Source of the DNA: a virus
Lineage: Duplodnaviria > Caudoviricetes
Virus record (IMG/VR): IMGVR_UViG_3300037067_013058
Span: 1-64,000 of that record
DNA length: 64,000 nt
Direction: 5' to 3' (one strand)
Shown: piece after piece, positions 9,261-18,187 of the stretch
Layout of the letters: every line of letters begins with the position of its first letter
Numbering within the stretch: position 1 is the first letter of the stretch
Program-made: the position numbers and the translations under genes
Notes under the pieces: model-generated
The model's input: only the letters and a program-made list of their open reading frames with translations
Database searches by the model: none
What the model was told of the DNA's origin: nothing

Positions 9261-9565
9261 CTGTCTGTTCTCCTTGCACTGCGCTTCGCTGTGCCGCCAC
9301 CACCATAAAGCTTTTTCCCAATACTTGTACTCTTTTGTCCACTACGCTTTGCACCAGCTATTAGCCAATCTTGCCACTTTCCTTCATAATCCGTATCAGC
9401 AAACCCTTTACCTTCAAGAACTAGCCCACAAGTTCTGCACCTTAAACGAAAATACGAACAAAATTTCTCTGTTGGCCATACTGAACACTGCATTGCCAAA
9501 AAAGCTGTCTTATCCCGATTAGCGCATCGGGGACATCGCAAATCAGTTGTCCAAGGAGCAGGCAC
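9257..9565 (-). CDS. hypothetical zinc-binding protein
   Basis: CPRC...CRTC. Confidence 0.45.
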   Translation of the reverse strand: MPAPWTTDLRCPRCANRDKTAFLAMQCSVWPTEKFCSYFRLRCRTCGLVLEGKGFADTDYEGKWQDWLIAGAKRSGQKSTSIGKKLYGGGGTAKRSARRTDR

Positions 9566-9570
9566 AATGC

Positions 9571-9816
9571 TTAAACTACAGCTTTCTGCGTATGCTCAAT
9601 ATAACAATTACAAATACTAGTAGGCCGATCTATCATCACCGTCCCATCTTTTACATGAATCTTGTACATAATAGACCTTCCACGCAAAAGACGCAGACTA
9701 AGCCCGAATCTTGTACTCCAGAACCAAGAACGAATTCTCTGGGACAGGGTTAATTCCCGCCTTAGCCGTTGCCTAAGTTCCTGCTCAGTCACATCTTTCA
9801 AAGCTGCATTCTTCAT
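9571..9816 (-). CDS. hypothetical protein
   Basis: 81-aa ORF in a coupled run. Confidence 0.45.
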   Translation of the reverse strand: MKNAALKDVTEQELRQRLRRELTLSQRIRSWFWSTRFGLSLRLLRGRSIMYKIHVKDGTVMIDRPTSICNCYIEHTQKAVV

Positions 9817-10031
9817 TATTCTGCCTTTTCCTTAATTTCATAGCCGTCCGGAATGTAATTCATCGCCACAACTGCTTCACGCACAACATCATTGAAATTT
9901 CCTTCAACAATGAAAGAACTACCACAAGAATTTACCCAGATTTCATCCTTCAATTGACGAACAATTATGTTTTCCGGGTTGAGTGCCAAAGATTCCCCGG
10001 TTTCTTTGAGTATAAAAATTGCTAGGCGCAT
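9816..10031 (-). CDS. hypothetical protein
   Basis: 71-aa ORF in a coupled run. Confidence 0.5.
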   Translation of the reverse strand: MRLAIFILKETGESLALNPENIIVRQLKDEIWVNSCGSSFIVEGNFNDVVREAVVAMNYIPDGYEIKEKAE

Positions 10032-10357
10032 TCCTTAACCTTCTTTGCAAACTTAGCCAATGATTTCTCACCTTCATCAAACTGCTTTACCCAATTTGAA
10101 TAAACATCTGCGCCGTAAGCATTACAAAGTTCATCACAAAGAATATCACCTAGCTCGTCCCAGCCAATACTTTCGTCAGCAAGACTATGCTTTCGATATG
10201 CCATTTCGATAGCTCGCAAAACCCTGTCTTTCGGTGTAACCACTGTACAAATCAGGGAATGTTCCTTCCACCCTTTTGGATCTTCTGGAAACCCCTTGTG
10301 GCATTTCCCGCATACCCAAACCCGGTCTTCGTCTTCATCTCTGCAACCACAGCCCAT
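10022..10357 (-). CDS. hypothetical protein
   Basis: 111 aa, CxxC...H...C. Confidence 0.5.
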   Translation of the reverse strand: MGCGCRDEDEDRVWVCGKCHKGFPEDPKGWKEHSLICTVVTPKDRVLRAIEMAYRKHSLADESIGWDELGDILCDELCNAYGADVYSNWVKQFDEGEKSLAKFAKKVKECA

Positions 10358-10575
10358 TAGCCCACCTTCCTACACCAACTAGGAACACTGTGTCCTACAT
10401 GAAAACCAAAACAATACGGACACGAATATGTCTCAAGCTCTTCGTTATATGAAGTCTTCATTATTAGCACTTTTTGATCAGCCTCTTCCTTCGTTGCATA
10501 CCTTATCTTACGAGCACAGGAGTTATGTTTAGTAGACGCTCTGTTTTGTCTTGTCGGAACATAAACCTGAATCAT
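10357..10575 (-). CDS. small zinc-binding phage protein
   Basis: SCARKIRY...YSCPYCFGFHVGH. Confidence 0.55.
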   Translation of the reverse strand: MIQVYVPTRQNRASTKHNSCARKIRYATKEEADQKVLIMKTSYNEELETYSCPYCFGFHVGHSVPSWCRKVG

Positions 10576-10587
10576 TGCCTTTCTCCA

Positions 10588-11469
10588 TCAGTTAAAAGTT
10601 CCCTCTGTCAAAAGCTGCTTGAACAACTTCATCGTTCGCTTACCAATTTCTTTCCGTGCTGCTTTACTCTCAATAATCTCGCCGGAAGCCTCACGCGAAA
10701 CATCCTCAAGCATTGCCTTGATAATCTTCGTGGCATCTTCCATTTTAGGCTCTGGGAAACCGTCAAGAACATGCTGAAGACGCATAACCGTTACCCACTC
10801 TTCACTAATCGCCTTTGCATCTTCCAAAGCCTTGATTTCATCGGGATCAGAAAACTTTGGCGTATGTTCGCGCTCTGCAAACTCTGGGCGCTTATGCTTG
10901 CAAATGATTCTACCTTCCCCGTTAATCGTCACTTCGATTGGGGGGTGTAGGACCACGCCTTCCCGCATATGACCCGCCCCAAGGCCATTCCTGACCGCCT
11001 GAACGCTATCTGCCATGATAGCCGCGTTGATTGCCTCTTCCGTTGTGTCAATCAATTCATAATGTACGAACTCAAAACCAAGACTAGTTGCCAATCTATC
11101 GGCTTGTGGAACACTCAGCCATTGATCCTCATTAAGCAAGACTTCGAAAGCAACGAACTTCAACTCTTTTCCATAGGTAGCCGACATACCCTGAAGCTTT
11201 CCACCATAAGCTTCACCGTAGATAGTGATAGACTTTGTGGTAGGGTGCTCAAGGAAGTTTTGCTCGAATGTTGCCTTCAGCTTTTCCTGATCAAACAAAG
11301 AAACAAATTGCTCATGCTTTGAACCACCAGAAAAAAACTTGAGTTCCTTCGTTTCAGCATTGTATCGTACATGGGCAGAAGTACCGTGAATCTTCTCAAG
11401 TGCCCAACATTGCTTGAAAATTAGGATTACCTTATTGCGATAAAGGTTCTCTATATGTCGGTAGCCGAT
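10588..11469 (-). CDS. RNA ligase (Rnl2-like nucleotidyltransferase), extended 57 codons upstream of the ORF-track start
   Basis: Motif I EKIHGTS lies upstream of 11298 in the same open frame; also IYGEAYG, FVAFEV, REGVVL and ICKHK motifs; frame closed by an in-frame TAG six codons before ATC 11469. Confidence 0.8.
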   Translation of the reverse strand: MGYRHIENLYRNKVILIFKQCWALEKIHGTSAHVRYNAETKELKFFSGGSKHEQFVSLFDQEKLKATFEQNFLEHPTTKSITIYGEAYGGKLQGMSATYGKELKFVAFEVLLNEDQWLSVPQADRLATSLGFEFVHYELIDTTEEAINAAIMADSVQAVRNGLGAGHMREGVVLHPPIEVTINGEGRIICKHKRPEFAEREHTPKFSDPDEIKALEDAKAISEEWVTVMRLQHVLDGFPEPKMEDATKIIKAMLEDVSREASGEIIESKAARKEIGKRTMKLFKQLLTEGTFN

Positions 11470-11512
11470 GTTACACCTTCCTTTCTAATTCAGTCTCGCC
11501 TTCGTCTCTACC

Positions 11513-11540
11513 AGCATAAGCACTAAATCTTGGTTGTCAA
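11513..11540 (-). promoter_or_regulatory. sigma70-like promoter
   Basis: C-TTGACA-N16-TATGCT upstream of the RNA ligase gene. Confidence 0.7.
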
Positions 11541-11702
11541 GCCCTTGCCACAATATGGGCAAAAACTTCGCAAATTTACCTTTTCCTCAAGCTCTGCAAT
11601 GTAGAAAAGCATATCTTGAACCGTTCTTGCGTTTACTAGTGACAAAGCTGAATCAACATCTTCAACAAGTCGCATAGTTCGCTCCATTAGTCTTGCGTCC
11701 AT
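11523..11702 (-). CDS. 59-aa hypothetical protein (below ORF-track cutoff)
   Basis: MDARLMERT...FCPYCGKGLTTKI; fills the gap between neighbours. Confidence 0.5.
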   Translation of the reverse strand: MDARLMERTMRLVEDVDSALSLVNARTVQDMLFYIAELEEKVNLRSFCPYCGKGLTTKI

Positions 11703-11703
11703 G

Positions 11704-11994
11704 TTAACTCTCCAATTTCTTTATGGCCTCATCAAGCATTTTATTGGCTTCTTCGTTCTCACAATCCACCGCAATACTGGCTAACGCAACAGCCATATCG
11801 GAAACACATCTACTATCAGGCGGTTCGTACCTCATAAGCATATCTACGGCAACTTCCAGCACTTTTTTAACCCTTTTGTTAGCCTTCTCAAGTTCCTCCA
11901 CCTTGCGCTCTGCTTCGCTGGCGCGGCGCAGAGCTTCACCAAGTGCGCCACAATGTGCCCAAAGGTTGTCTTTGCAGGGGTAATTTTTGGACAT
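11704..11994 (-). CDS. hypothetical coiled-coil protein
   Basis: 96-aa ORF, coupled. Confidence 0.5.
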   Translation of the reverse strand: MSKNYPCKDNLWAHCGALGEALRRASEAERKVEELEKANKRVKKVLEVAVDMLMRYEPPDSRCVSDMAVALASIAVDCENEEANKMLDEAIKKLES

Positions 11995-12260
11995 TAGATA
12001 ACCCTCTCTGGCTTGTTCGTCTGGTACTCAACCCAAATTCCACGTTCAGGTACAATATCGTTCATTGAAGTACCCCAGCAGTCAGACCACATCATCCGGA
12101 ATTCGTACAAAGAGATAGAATAGTTATCGAAAGAAGCTAGAAGCTCAATTGCGTCTTTCTGGTTGTACGCACAGACATTTGCTGTACACTGCTTGAATTT
12201 TCCAGCAACAGTAGTAGCAATAAGACCGTTCCAAACCTTTAGTGAACGTTTACGAGACAT
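11994..12260 (-). CDS. hypothetical protein
   Basis: 88-aa ORF, coupled. Confidence 0.5.
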   Translation of the reverse strand: MSRKRSLKVWNGLIATTVAGKFKQCTANVCAYNQKDAIELLASFDNYSISLYEFRMMWSDCWGTSMNDIVPERGIWVEYQTNKPERVI

Positions 12261-12466
12261 TACTTTACCTTCTTCATCTGCTTTTTGTCAAATTGGCCAA
12301 TCGTTGTCTCTACGTACCAAGAAATTAGGCCAACGTTAAGGCAAGACTGTACTTTACACATTGCCTCTTCTTTGGTGAGAAATACCCCAGGATGAACCAA
12401 GCCAACACGGGCCATTCCGGAATCCCCGTTAGCGTCAAACGCCAGAACTACGTAAACCTTGTCCAT
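12260..12466 (-). CDS. hypothetical protein (start corrected to MDKVY)
   Basis: AGGAGG SD before ATG 12466, directly behind a promoter. Confidence 0.6.
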   Translation of the reverse strand: MDKVYVVLAFDANGDSGMARVGLVHPGVFLTKEEAMCKVQSCLNVGLISWYVETTIGQFDKKQMKKVK

Positions 12467-12483
12467 ACTCGCCTCCTGACCAT

Positions 12484-12511
12484 ATAGTAAGGATGAATTT
12501 GGGAATGTCAA
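12484..12511 (-). promoter_or_regulatory. sigma70-like promoter
   Basis: C-TTGACA-N16-TACTAT in an intergenic gap. Confidence 0.75.
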
Positions 12512-12530
12512 GGGGGGATTTTGAAATTCT

Positions 12531-13388
12531 TTAGGGCTTAACGTACATGAGGTCAATACCATAGAATTCTTTGATGGCGTCTTTGATCCTTGTGACCCTG
12601 GGTGATTTATTACCACTGCCCCAACCCCAATTGCCAAAGGAGCTACGGTTGACTAATCGCCAAGCCACGTCGAAAAGTGAAGTCCCATTGGCATCCGATT
12701 CTTTGCGGGCATTGATGAAGAGTTTGTAGGCTGCTCCGGGATTATTTTGCCAGAGGTTCCAGAATAATGCAGGAGATAGCGTGGTCCAGTCGTCATTGAG
12801 GAGATTACGAATTGTTTTGTATTCACCTAATGGGGGACGGACTGGATCTAGAGCATGAATTAACTCATTTTTACCGAACTGCTCCTGTGCTCGTTGAACA
12901 CGGGGATCTTGGCCGATTGTTCCGAAAAGGATCGCCAGTTGAAGGGCTGAGTCTTTGCTAGACATGCAAATATCGACTATTCGCTTTTTCTGGCTGGGGA
13001 AAGCAGGATTTAGTATCTGTTTCTTGGCAATGTCGTAAAACTTGCCTGAAGAGATTGAAAAATTGAACTTAGAGAATTTGTCTTGTAGTTTTAAATCGTC
13101 CCAAAGCGTTGTGCAAATTTCATCGGACTCGACTAGAATTGTTTTGAAGGATTCTAGAAGACGTTGCAAGCGGCCAGAAGTAAACGTGTGCCGGAGAAAC
13201 CCCCAGGTACAACCCGTTCCGTCGAACATTGCCACAGAGTTGTAGGAACCCTCGCTTCTGGCAATAACACCCATAATCTTTGTCCACTCGCCCCACGGAG
13301 CAGGGGGGTTAAATTTTGCGGAGCCAAGCACACGCGGCCCTTCCATATCCTTGAAGTGTACCCAATCAACCTTTATTGGATTTGTCAT
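12531..13388 (-). CDS. putative lysozyme-like peptidoglycan hydrolase
   Basis: SEGSYNSVAMFDGTGCTWG...FTSGRL resembles the EG..YD.....S.G..QW pattern of lysozyme-fold proteins. Confidence 0.4.
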   Translation of the reverse strand: MTNPIKVDWVHFKDMEGPRVLGSAKFNPPAPWGEWTKIMGVIARSEGSYNSVAMFDGTGCTWGFLRHTFTSGRLQRLLESFKTILVESDEICTTLWDDLKLQDKFSKFNFSISSGKFYDIAKKQILNPAFPSQKKRIVDICMSSKDSALQLAILFGTIGQDPRVQRAQEQFGKNELIHALDPVRPPLGEYKTIRNLLNDDWTTLSPALFWNLWQNNPGAAYKLFINARKESDANGTSLFDVAWRLVNRSSFGNWGWGSGNKSPRVTRIKDAIKEFYGIDLMYVKP

Positions 13389-14415
13389 ATTCTTCCTTCC
13401 ATTTCAGATACTTTGCCATTAACGTTTCGAGAGTTACACCGGGAGGCGCATCATAATGCCAGTCCCTATGTTTAGCCTTATGCTCCTTAACCCACATTGG
13501 TTGCATATTACTTACGTTGAAAGACTTCTTTTGATTTTCAGGAATCTTCTGATCAAACGAAACAAGGGGAATTACATGATCAATTTCCCACCCCTTTGTG
13601 GAATTATTATTCCAACTCATTTCCTCTCCAGTTTCTGGGTTTGGATAAAATTGGGACTCTATATATGCGCGAGCAACACTAATAGAACATCCTACCAATT
13701 CCATAGTAGAAGCTGATTTCCAGCCTTTTTTTATAGCAGACCTTACCCGCGCCCGACACCGCACCAATAGCCTATACTCAGGGTCTGTCAGCATTCTCAT
13801 TCTTCTGTTTTCCCTATTATATGTATTAAGTTTCTCCCTACCTTCCGGAGTAGCCCTATATGCTCGCCGTGTTTCCAAGGCCTCTTTCTTATGCGCCTCT
13901 CGATAAGCTTTTCTGTACTCAGCCTGCTCTTCTTTATGCTTCTCATAGGATTTTTTACAAGTCTCTTTCCTTATCTCCTTGTTGTTGTGTGCATACTCTA
14001 ATAGTCTTGCATTCTCTTTATCTCTCCACGCCCTATCTTGCCTATCTCTAAAGACTTTTGTTGCCTTTGCCGTACATTCTATGCACCACACAGACAAACC
14101 ATCGACAACAAACTTATCCACATAAAAAAGAGGGGAACCTTTTTCTTTTTTACAGCGAGTACAATATTTAGAAGCGACCGGAACCCGGCTACCCGAATCA
14201 AATTCCGCTTTAAGTTGTTTTCTCCTGTTTTTTGCCCAAACTTTATGCTGTTCTTCATATTGTAAACGAACTATTCTATTTTTCGCGTTAAAACACTCTT
14301 TGCACTCATTCAAATGCCCATCTTTTGCCCCAGTCCTCTTTGGAAACAAATCAAGGAGTTTTACTTCTTTGCAAGTCCTACAGGGTTTCGATACTGGTAT
14401 TTGTTCATCTATCAT
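13366..14415 (-). CDS. free-standing HNH homing endonuclease with two N-terminal CxxC repeats
   Basis: WEIDHVIPLVSFD...NVSNMQPMW..EH..KH; two C..C...K....F...........C..C repeats; directly downstream of polA; start may be 14415 or 14421. Confidence 0.8.
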   Translation of the reverse strand: MIDEQIPVSKPCRTCKEVKLLDLFPKRTGAKDGHLNECKECFNAKNRIVRLQYEEQHKVWAKNRRKQLKAEFDSGSRVPVASKYCTRCKKEKGSPLFYVDKFVVDGLSVWCIECTAKATKVFRDRQDRAWRDKENARLLEYAHNNKEIRKETCKKSYEKHKEEQAEYRKAYREAHKKEALETRRAYRATPEGREKLNTYNRENRRMRMLTDPEYRLLVRCRARVRSAIKKGWKSASTMELVGCSISVARAYIESQFYPNPETGEEMSWNNNSTKGWEIDHVIPLVSFDQKIPENQKKSFNVSNMQPMWVKEHKAKHRDWHYDAPPGVTLETLMAKYLKWKEEYDKSNKG

Positions 14416-14485
14416 AGTCATATAATATAACATACGATAGGTAGGAGAAATAAAGAACAGACACTTAAATTTTATTGGAAAATAT

Positions 14486-16675
14486 TTAACCTTTGTCAGA
14501 CCATCGCTGACAAACCGATGTGTCAACTAATAACGGAACTTCGAACTTTGTGAACTCCCGCAACCAAGTACACATGAAGTAATCCATTATACGTTCTGCT
14601 TTTTCAACCTCTTCATCTTTTACCAGAGCTATCAACTCATCGTGGACGTAGTTCACCATTGAAGCATCCATCTTCTCATCTATAAAGGCTTGGCTAATTT
14701 GAATGAATGCCAATGATGCACACTCTGCACTCCCCCCCTGGATCGGACTATTAACTGCCTGACGCAATGCACCATTTACTTTTGATAGAACAAATTTTCT
14801 TTCTCTGTTAATTGAGCACCCAACTATGTAATTGCAAGACAAGCAATGAGAAAAAGAATTCATATTTCCTTTTGCTTTAATCAATTGCTTAATATCAAAC
14901 TCAGAAACATTGTATAAATCATTTGGATCAATACCCAACCAGCCGGGGAACGGTCCGTCGCGATAACACCTTGGTCTTACCGAATCATCTGGCCACTTCA
15001 TAGCTTGTGGAATTGGAGCCATTGCTTCTGGCAAATGTCTCCTACGACCAAACATTGTAGTTACAAAACCGTGGGTTTTTACGAACCCATGAATTGAATC
15101 AATCCAAGCTTTTAATGTCTTGGCCACACCAAAGAACTCATCATTAATTAGATGATCGGCTTCCTCATATGAAATATTCAAAGCCTTGGAAAGAGAAAAG
15201 GTTGATTCCCCATACAACAGGCCGAATGAAATGCTTTTTGCCGCAGACCTTTGTTCCTTGTACAACTCCTTCACATCATGCACATCACAAGGTAAATGAT
15301 AAACACGATGTGCCATTTGAGCGTGTAAATCTTCGTTGTTGTTTAACCAATCAATCCACACGGGTTCTTTTGAGAGGTGCGCTGCCATACGCAATTCCAT
15401 CTGGGAGAAATCTTTGAAAATAAACTTGTATCCTTGTGGTGCTAAATAAATACTCTTTACAATGTCCCCCCCATTTTCTGTCTTAGGAAGGTTAGTCATG
15501 TTTGGTTGATTTGAGCGAAGACGTCCGGTCAACGTATCAAGAAAAAATGAGCTATGTATGATTCCAATCTTCCCGTCATCTGCATACTCTCTTACATAAT
15601 CTATTGCTGGCTGAACATAGGTTCCTTGTATCTTTTGCGCTCTTCTATATTTGAGCAAAGGTTCAATAACGGGATGTGTCAATTCCGACAAAGCCTCAAT
15701 ATCAACAACCCATTTATGATGTTCCCCTTTCCTACCTGGAGGTTTTAATTGATCAAAAAGGATCTCACCTAACTGATCATTACTTCCAACATTAAATTCT
15801 TTTCCAATAATTGACCAAATCTCCTTTTGCGAGGATTCCATAATTGCCAATTGATCTATTACAATTTGTTTAGCTCTTTCCAAATCAACTGGCATACCTG
15901 CTAGCTCAAGCAATAAGATATGATGCGACAATGGCATTACAATATTTTCGAATGCCCAAGTTAGTCCTTCGTCTTCCATCATCTTTGCAAAAACAAACTT
16001 CAGCGCAAGAACGTAACAGGAATCCGAGCAGCCGTAGGGATAGAGAGTTTCTATTGGAACCTTAGAGTAACGTTGCAGCCTCGGATCAAAGTACTTTAAT
16101 GCGGACTTTAAATCATCTTTGAATTGGGAAGCCTCTGTTGAAAGGTAAAAGTCAGAACAACCCAACTTCGTGACATTGCCTTCGTCATCAAAGTCAGACT
16201 TCAATGCGTGAGAACAATCGGAACGCGATTCATTTATCAAACTGTGGGCAAGCATCGTGTCAAATGCAAACCCACGCACCCTGATCCCCAAAAGAGTACA
16301 TAATTTTCCAATATCAAACTTTCCGTTATGGGCAATCTTGGGTTGGTCCGATTCCAGAACTCCCCTTAGCAACTCAACAACATCGTTTTGCTTCTTTCCC
16401 CAGAAAGGGTCATCATTAGATTTAGTTAATGGAATGTAAGCAGCGTTGCAAGGAACCCAAGGATCAGGACACTCGCTAAGGCCCCACGCAAAGCTCAGGC
16501 CACACAATACTTCGGGGTACACGCCCTCTAGTTTCACTTTTGATGTGGGGTGAGAGGTTTCTGTGTCAAAAGCGAGTTCTGGGGCCTTTTTGAGTTCACC
16601 AACTAACCATTGCAACTTCTGAAAGGTGTTAATCAGAAAGAAACAAGAAGGTACCTGGGCATTGGAAAAAAACAA
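14486..16675 (-). CDS. polA: family A DNA polymerase with 3'-5' exonuclease and no 5'-3' exonuclease
   Basis: AFDTET, IAHNGKFD, YGCSD exonuclease motifs; motif A KDFSQMELR, motif B RSAAKSISFGLLYG, motif C YVHDEL. Confidence 0.95.
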   Translation of the reverse strand: MFFSNAQVPSCFFLINTFQKLQWLVGELKKAPELAFDTETSHPTSKVKLEGVYPEVLCGLSFAWGLSECPDPWVPCNAAYIPLTKSNDDPFWGKKQNDVVELLRGVLESDQPKIAHNGKFDIGKLCTLLGIRVRGFAFDTMLAHSLINESRSDCSHALKSDFDDEGNVTKLGCSDFYLSTEASQFKDDLKSALKYFDPRLQRYSKVPIETLYPYGCSDSCYVLALKFVFAKMMEDEGLTWAFENIVMPLSHHILLLELAGMPVDLERAKQIVIDQLAIMESSQKEIWSIIGKEFNVGSNDQLGEILFDQLKPPGRKGEHHKWVVDIEALSELTHPVIEPLLKYRRAQKIQGTYVQPAIDYVREYADDGKIGIIHSSFFLDTLTGRLRSNQPNMTNLPKTENGGDIVKSIYLAPQGYKFIFKDFSQMELRMAAHLSKEPVWIDWLNNNEDLHAQMAHRVYHLPCDVHDVKELYKEQRSAAKSISFGLLYGESTFSLSKALNISYEEADHLINDEFFGVAKTLKAWIDSIHGFVKTHGFVTTMFGRRRHLPEAMAPIPQAMKWPDDSVRPRCYRDGPFPGWLGIDPNDLYNVSEFDIKQLIKAKGNMNSFSHCLSCNYIVGCSINRERKFVLSKVNGALRQAVNSPIQGGSAECASLAFIQISQAFIDEKMDASMVNYVHDELIALVKDEEVEKAERIMDYFMCTWLREFTKFEVPLLVDTSVCQRWSDKG

Positions 16676-16677
16676 AG

Positions 16678-17016
16678 TTATTCCTTATCCTCTGGTTCGC
16701 CATATGAGCCCTCTGACACCCCATCCAAGCTCCGATCTTCTTCTGCATACCTTGCCCTACGAATTTCAGCATGGCGCAAGGAAATCCATTTCTGTGCCTC
16801 TACAATTGCAATTAGAATGTCAGGCAGATCCCGCTGTTGGATATATGGCCCGCGCTTCCTCGAACCATCCTGTGAAAGAAACTCACGACACAGCCTCGCG
16901 TCGTAAAACACCTTTACACCATCTCTGGATCTTGACTCGTATACCTCACATACACCTGCCCCCTCAATGAAACTCTGTACTAGAACACGTTGCGCATCAA
17001 ACTTCTCTTCAGTCAT
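16678..17016 (-). CDS. hypothetical protein
   Basis: 112 aa, GAGG SD. Confidence 0.6.
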   Translation of the reverse strand: MTEEKFDAQRVLVQSFIEGAGVCEVYESRSRDGVKVFYDARLCREFLSQDGSRKRGPYIQQRDLPDILIAIVEAQKWISLRHAEIRRARYAEEDRSLDGVSEGSYGEPEDKE

Positions 17017-17054
17017 TTTGTACCTCTGCTTCAGTTAAGTCCCGTTATTGGGAA

Positions 17055-17795
17055 TCACTTGCCATTTAGAGCCTTTAATTTCAGAACATCAGCTTTCCTC
17101 ACATGTTTAGTTCCTCTAATTTTCACAACTTTCAAATTTCCTTTTTTTGCGTGACTGTACAAATTAACGTAACTACACCCGTATAAATCGGCTGCTGAGC
17201 TAATAGTCAGCCAATCTTCGCCTAATTCCTCCTCCCCATCCCCGCAGGCAATTTTCGGCTCATCCTTCAGCGAATTCTTCTTCATCGCCGCAGTCCTAGA
17301 AGAACTCAACGCATTTTTCGGTGAATCCTTGACCAATTTCTTCGGCAAATTCCCCTTTTCAAAATCGATACCCAATTGCAAATCCCCACGCACTGCCGCA
17401 TTCGGTCCATGCTTTTCAAGATCCGCTAACCGCTCCTGAACATTTTGGTAAAGCTTTTCGTAATCCATTTTGCCAAGAAATTCGACAGCATTGCCAAAGT
17501 CATCGCCCCCTAAGCCAATTCTATATGCAAATACGACTAGGCAAAATCGGCTAATATTGCAAGTGATTTGGCAAGATCTTTCGAAAATATGTTGGCAAAA
17601 CCGGCACTCAGTCCCACCAGCCAATTTAGCAGCAGGATTACACTCATGGGCAGTCAGTGAAGGATGGCTGAAGCATTCGACACCAATAGCGTCATCGGGC
17701 AAATTCACGCTATAGAATTTGCTAATTCTTTCCGCCATTTCCTTATCCAATGGCAGCTTATGTTTCCAGACTAGCAGTTCTTTTTTATTTTCCAT
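17055..17795 (-). CDS. protein with Cys-rich N-terminus and C-terminal excisionase/MerR-like HTH
   Basis: WLTISSAADLYGCSYVNLYSHAKKGNL. Confidence 0.6.
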   Translation of the reverse strand: MENKKELLVWKHKLPLDKEMAERISKFYSVNLPDDAIGVECFSHPSLTAHECNPAAKLAGGTECRFCQHIFERSCQITCNISRFCLVVFAYRIGLGGDDFGNAVEFLGKMDYEKLYQNVQERLADLEKHGPNAAVRGDLQLGIDFEKGNLPKKLVKDSPKNALSSSRTAAMKKNSLKDEPKIACGDGEEELGEDWLTISSAADLYGCSYVNLYSHAKKGNLKVVKIRGTKHVRKADVLKLKALNGK

Positions 17796-17996
17796 TCATT
17801 CACCTTTTTCTAACATCGCTCTCAACTTTATTACTTCTAGTCTATATCCAATTATACAATACAACCCAGATTTTCCATCTCGCTTACAGGTACTAGGCTC
17901 ATACTGTTCCCAAGTAGATTTATTATATGATGGACACTTTTCCCTACTACAAAAGAAATCGTAATCCTCAACTCTTGGATTTATCTCTTTGTCCAT
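17796..17996 (-). CDS. small Cys-rich hypothetical protein
   Basis: 66 aa, coupled. Confidence 0.45.
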   Translation of the reverse strand: MDKEINPRVEDYDFFCSREKCPSYNKSTWEQYEPSTCKRDGKSGLYCIIGYRLEVIKLRAMLEKGE

Positions 17997-18184
17997 TATA
18001 AATTACCTTCTTCTTTTTCAGCAATGAGTCTTCCACAAAATGGGCAAAATAGAAAACCTTTTTCAATACGACTGTAATTCTCAAAATCTATAGTTTTATC
18101 GCAAGAAGTTTCATAATGATATGCAGTATTATATCGATCATGCCAAAAACAAAAATCTCGGCTCAATGTATCTCTTAGTTCCAT
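17996..18184 (-). CDS. small zinc-binding hypothetical protein
   Basis: YETSC...FCPFCG. Confidence 0.5.
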   Translation of the reverse strand: MELRDTLSRDFCFWHDRYNTAYHYETSCDKTIDFENYSRIEKGFLFCPFCGRLIAEKEEGNL

Positions 18185-18187
18185 TTC

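Noticed and set aside
14771-15025. Mini-intein in polA
   Set aside because: The insertion lacks C/S-start and HN-C/S/T-end signatures; kept as a domain insertion instead.
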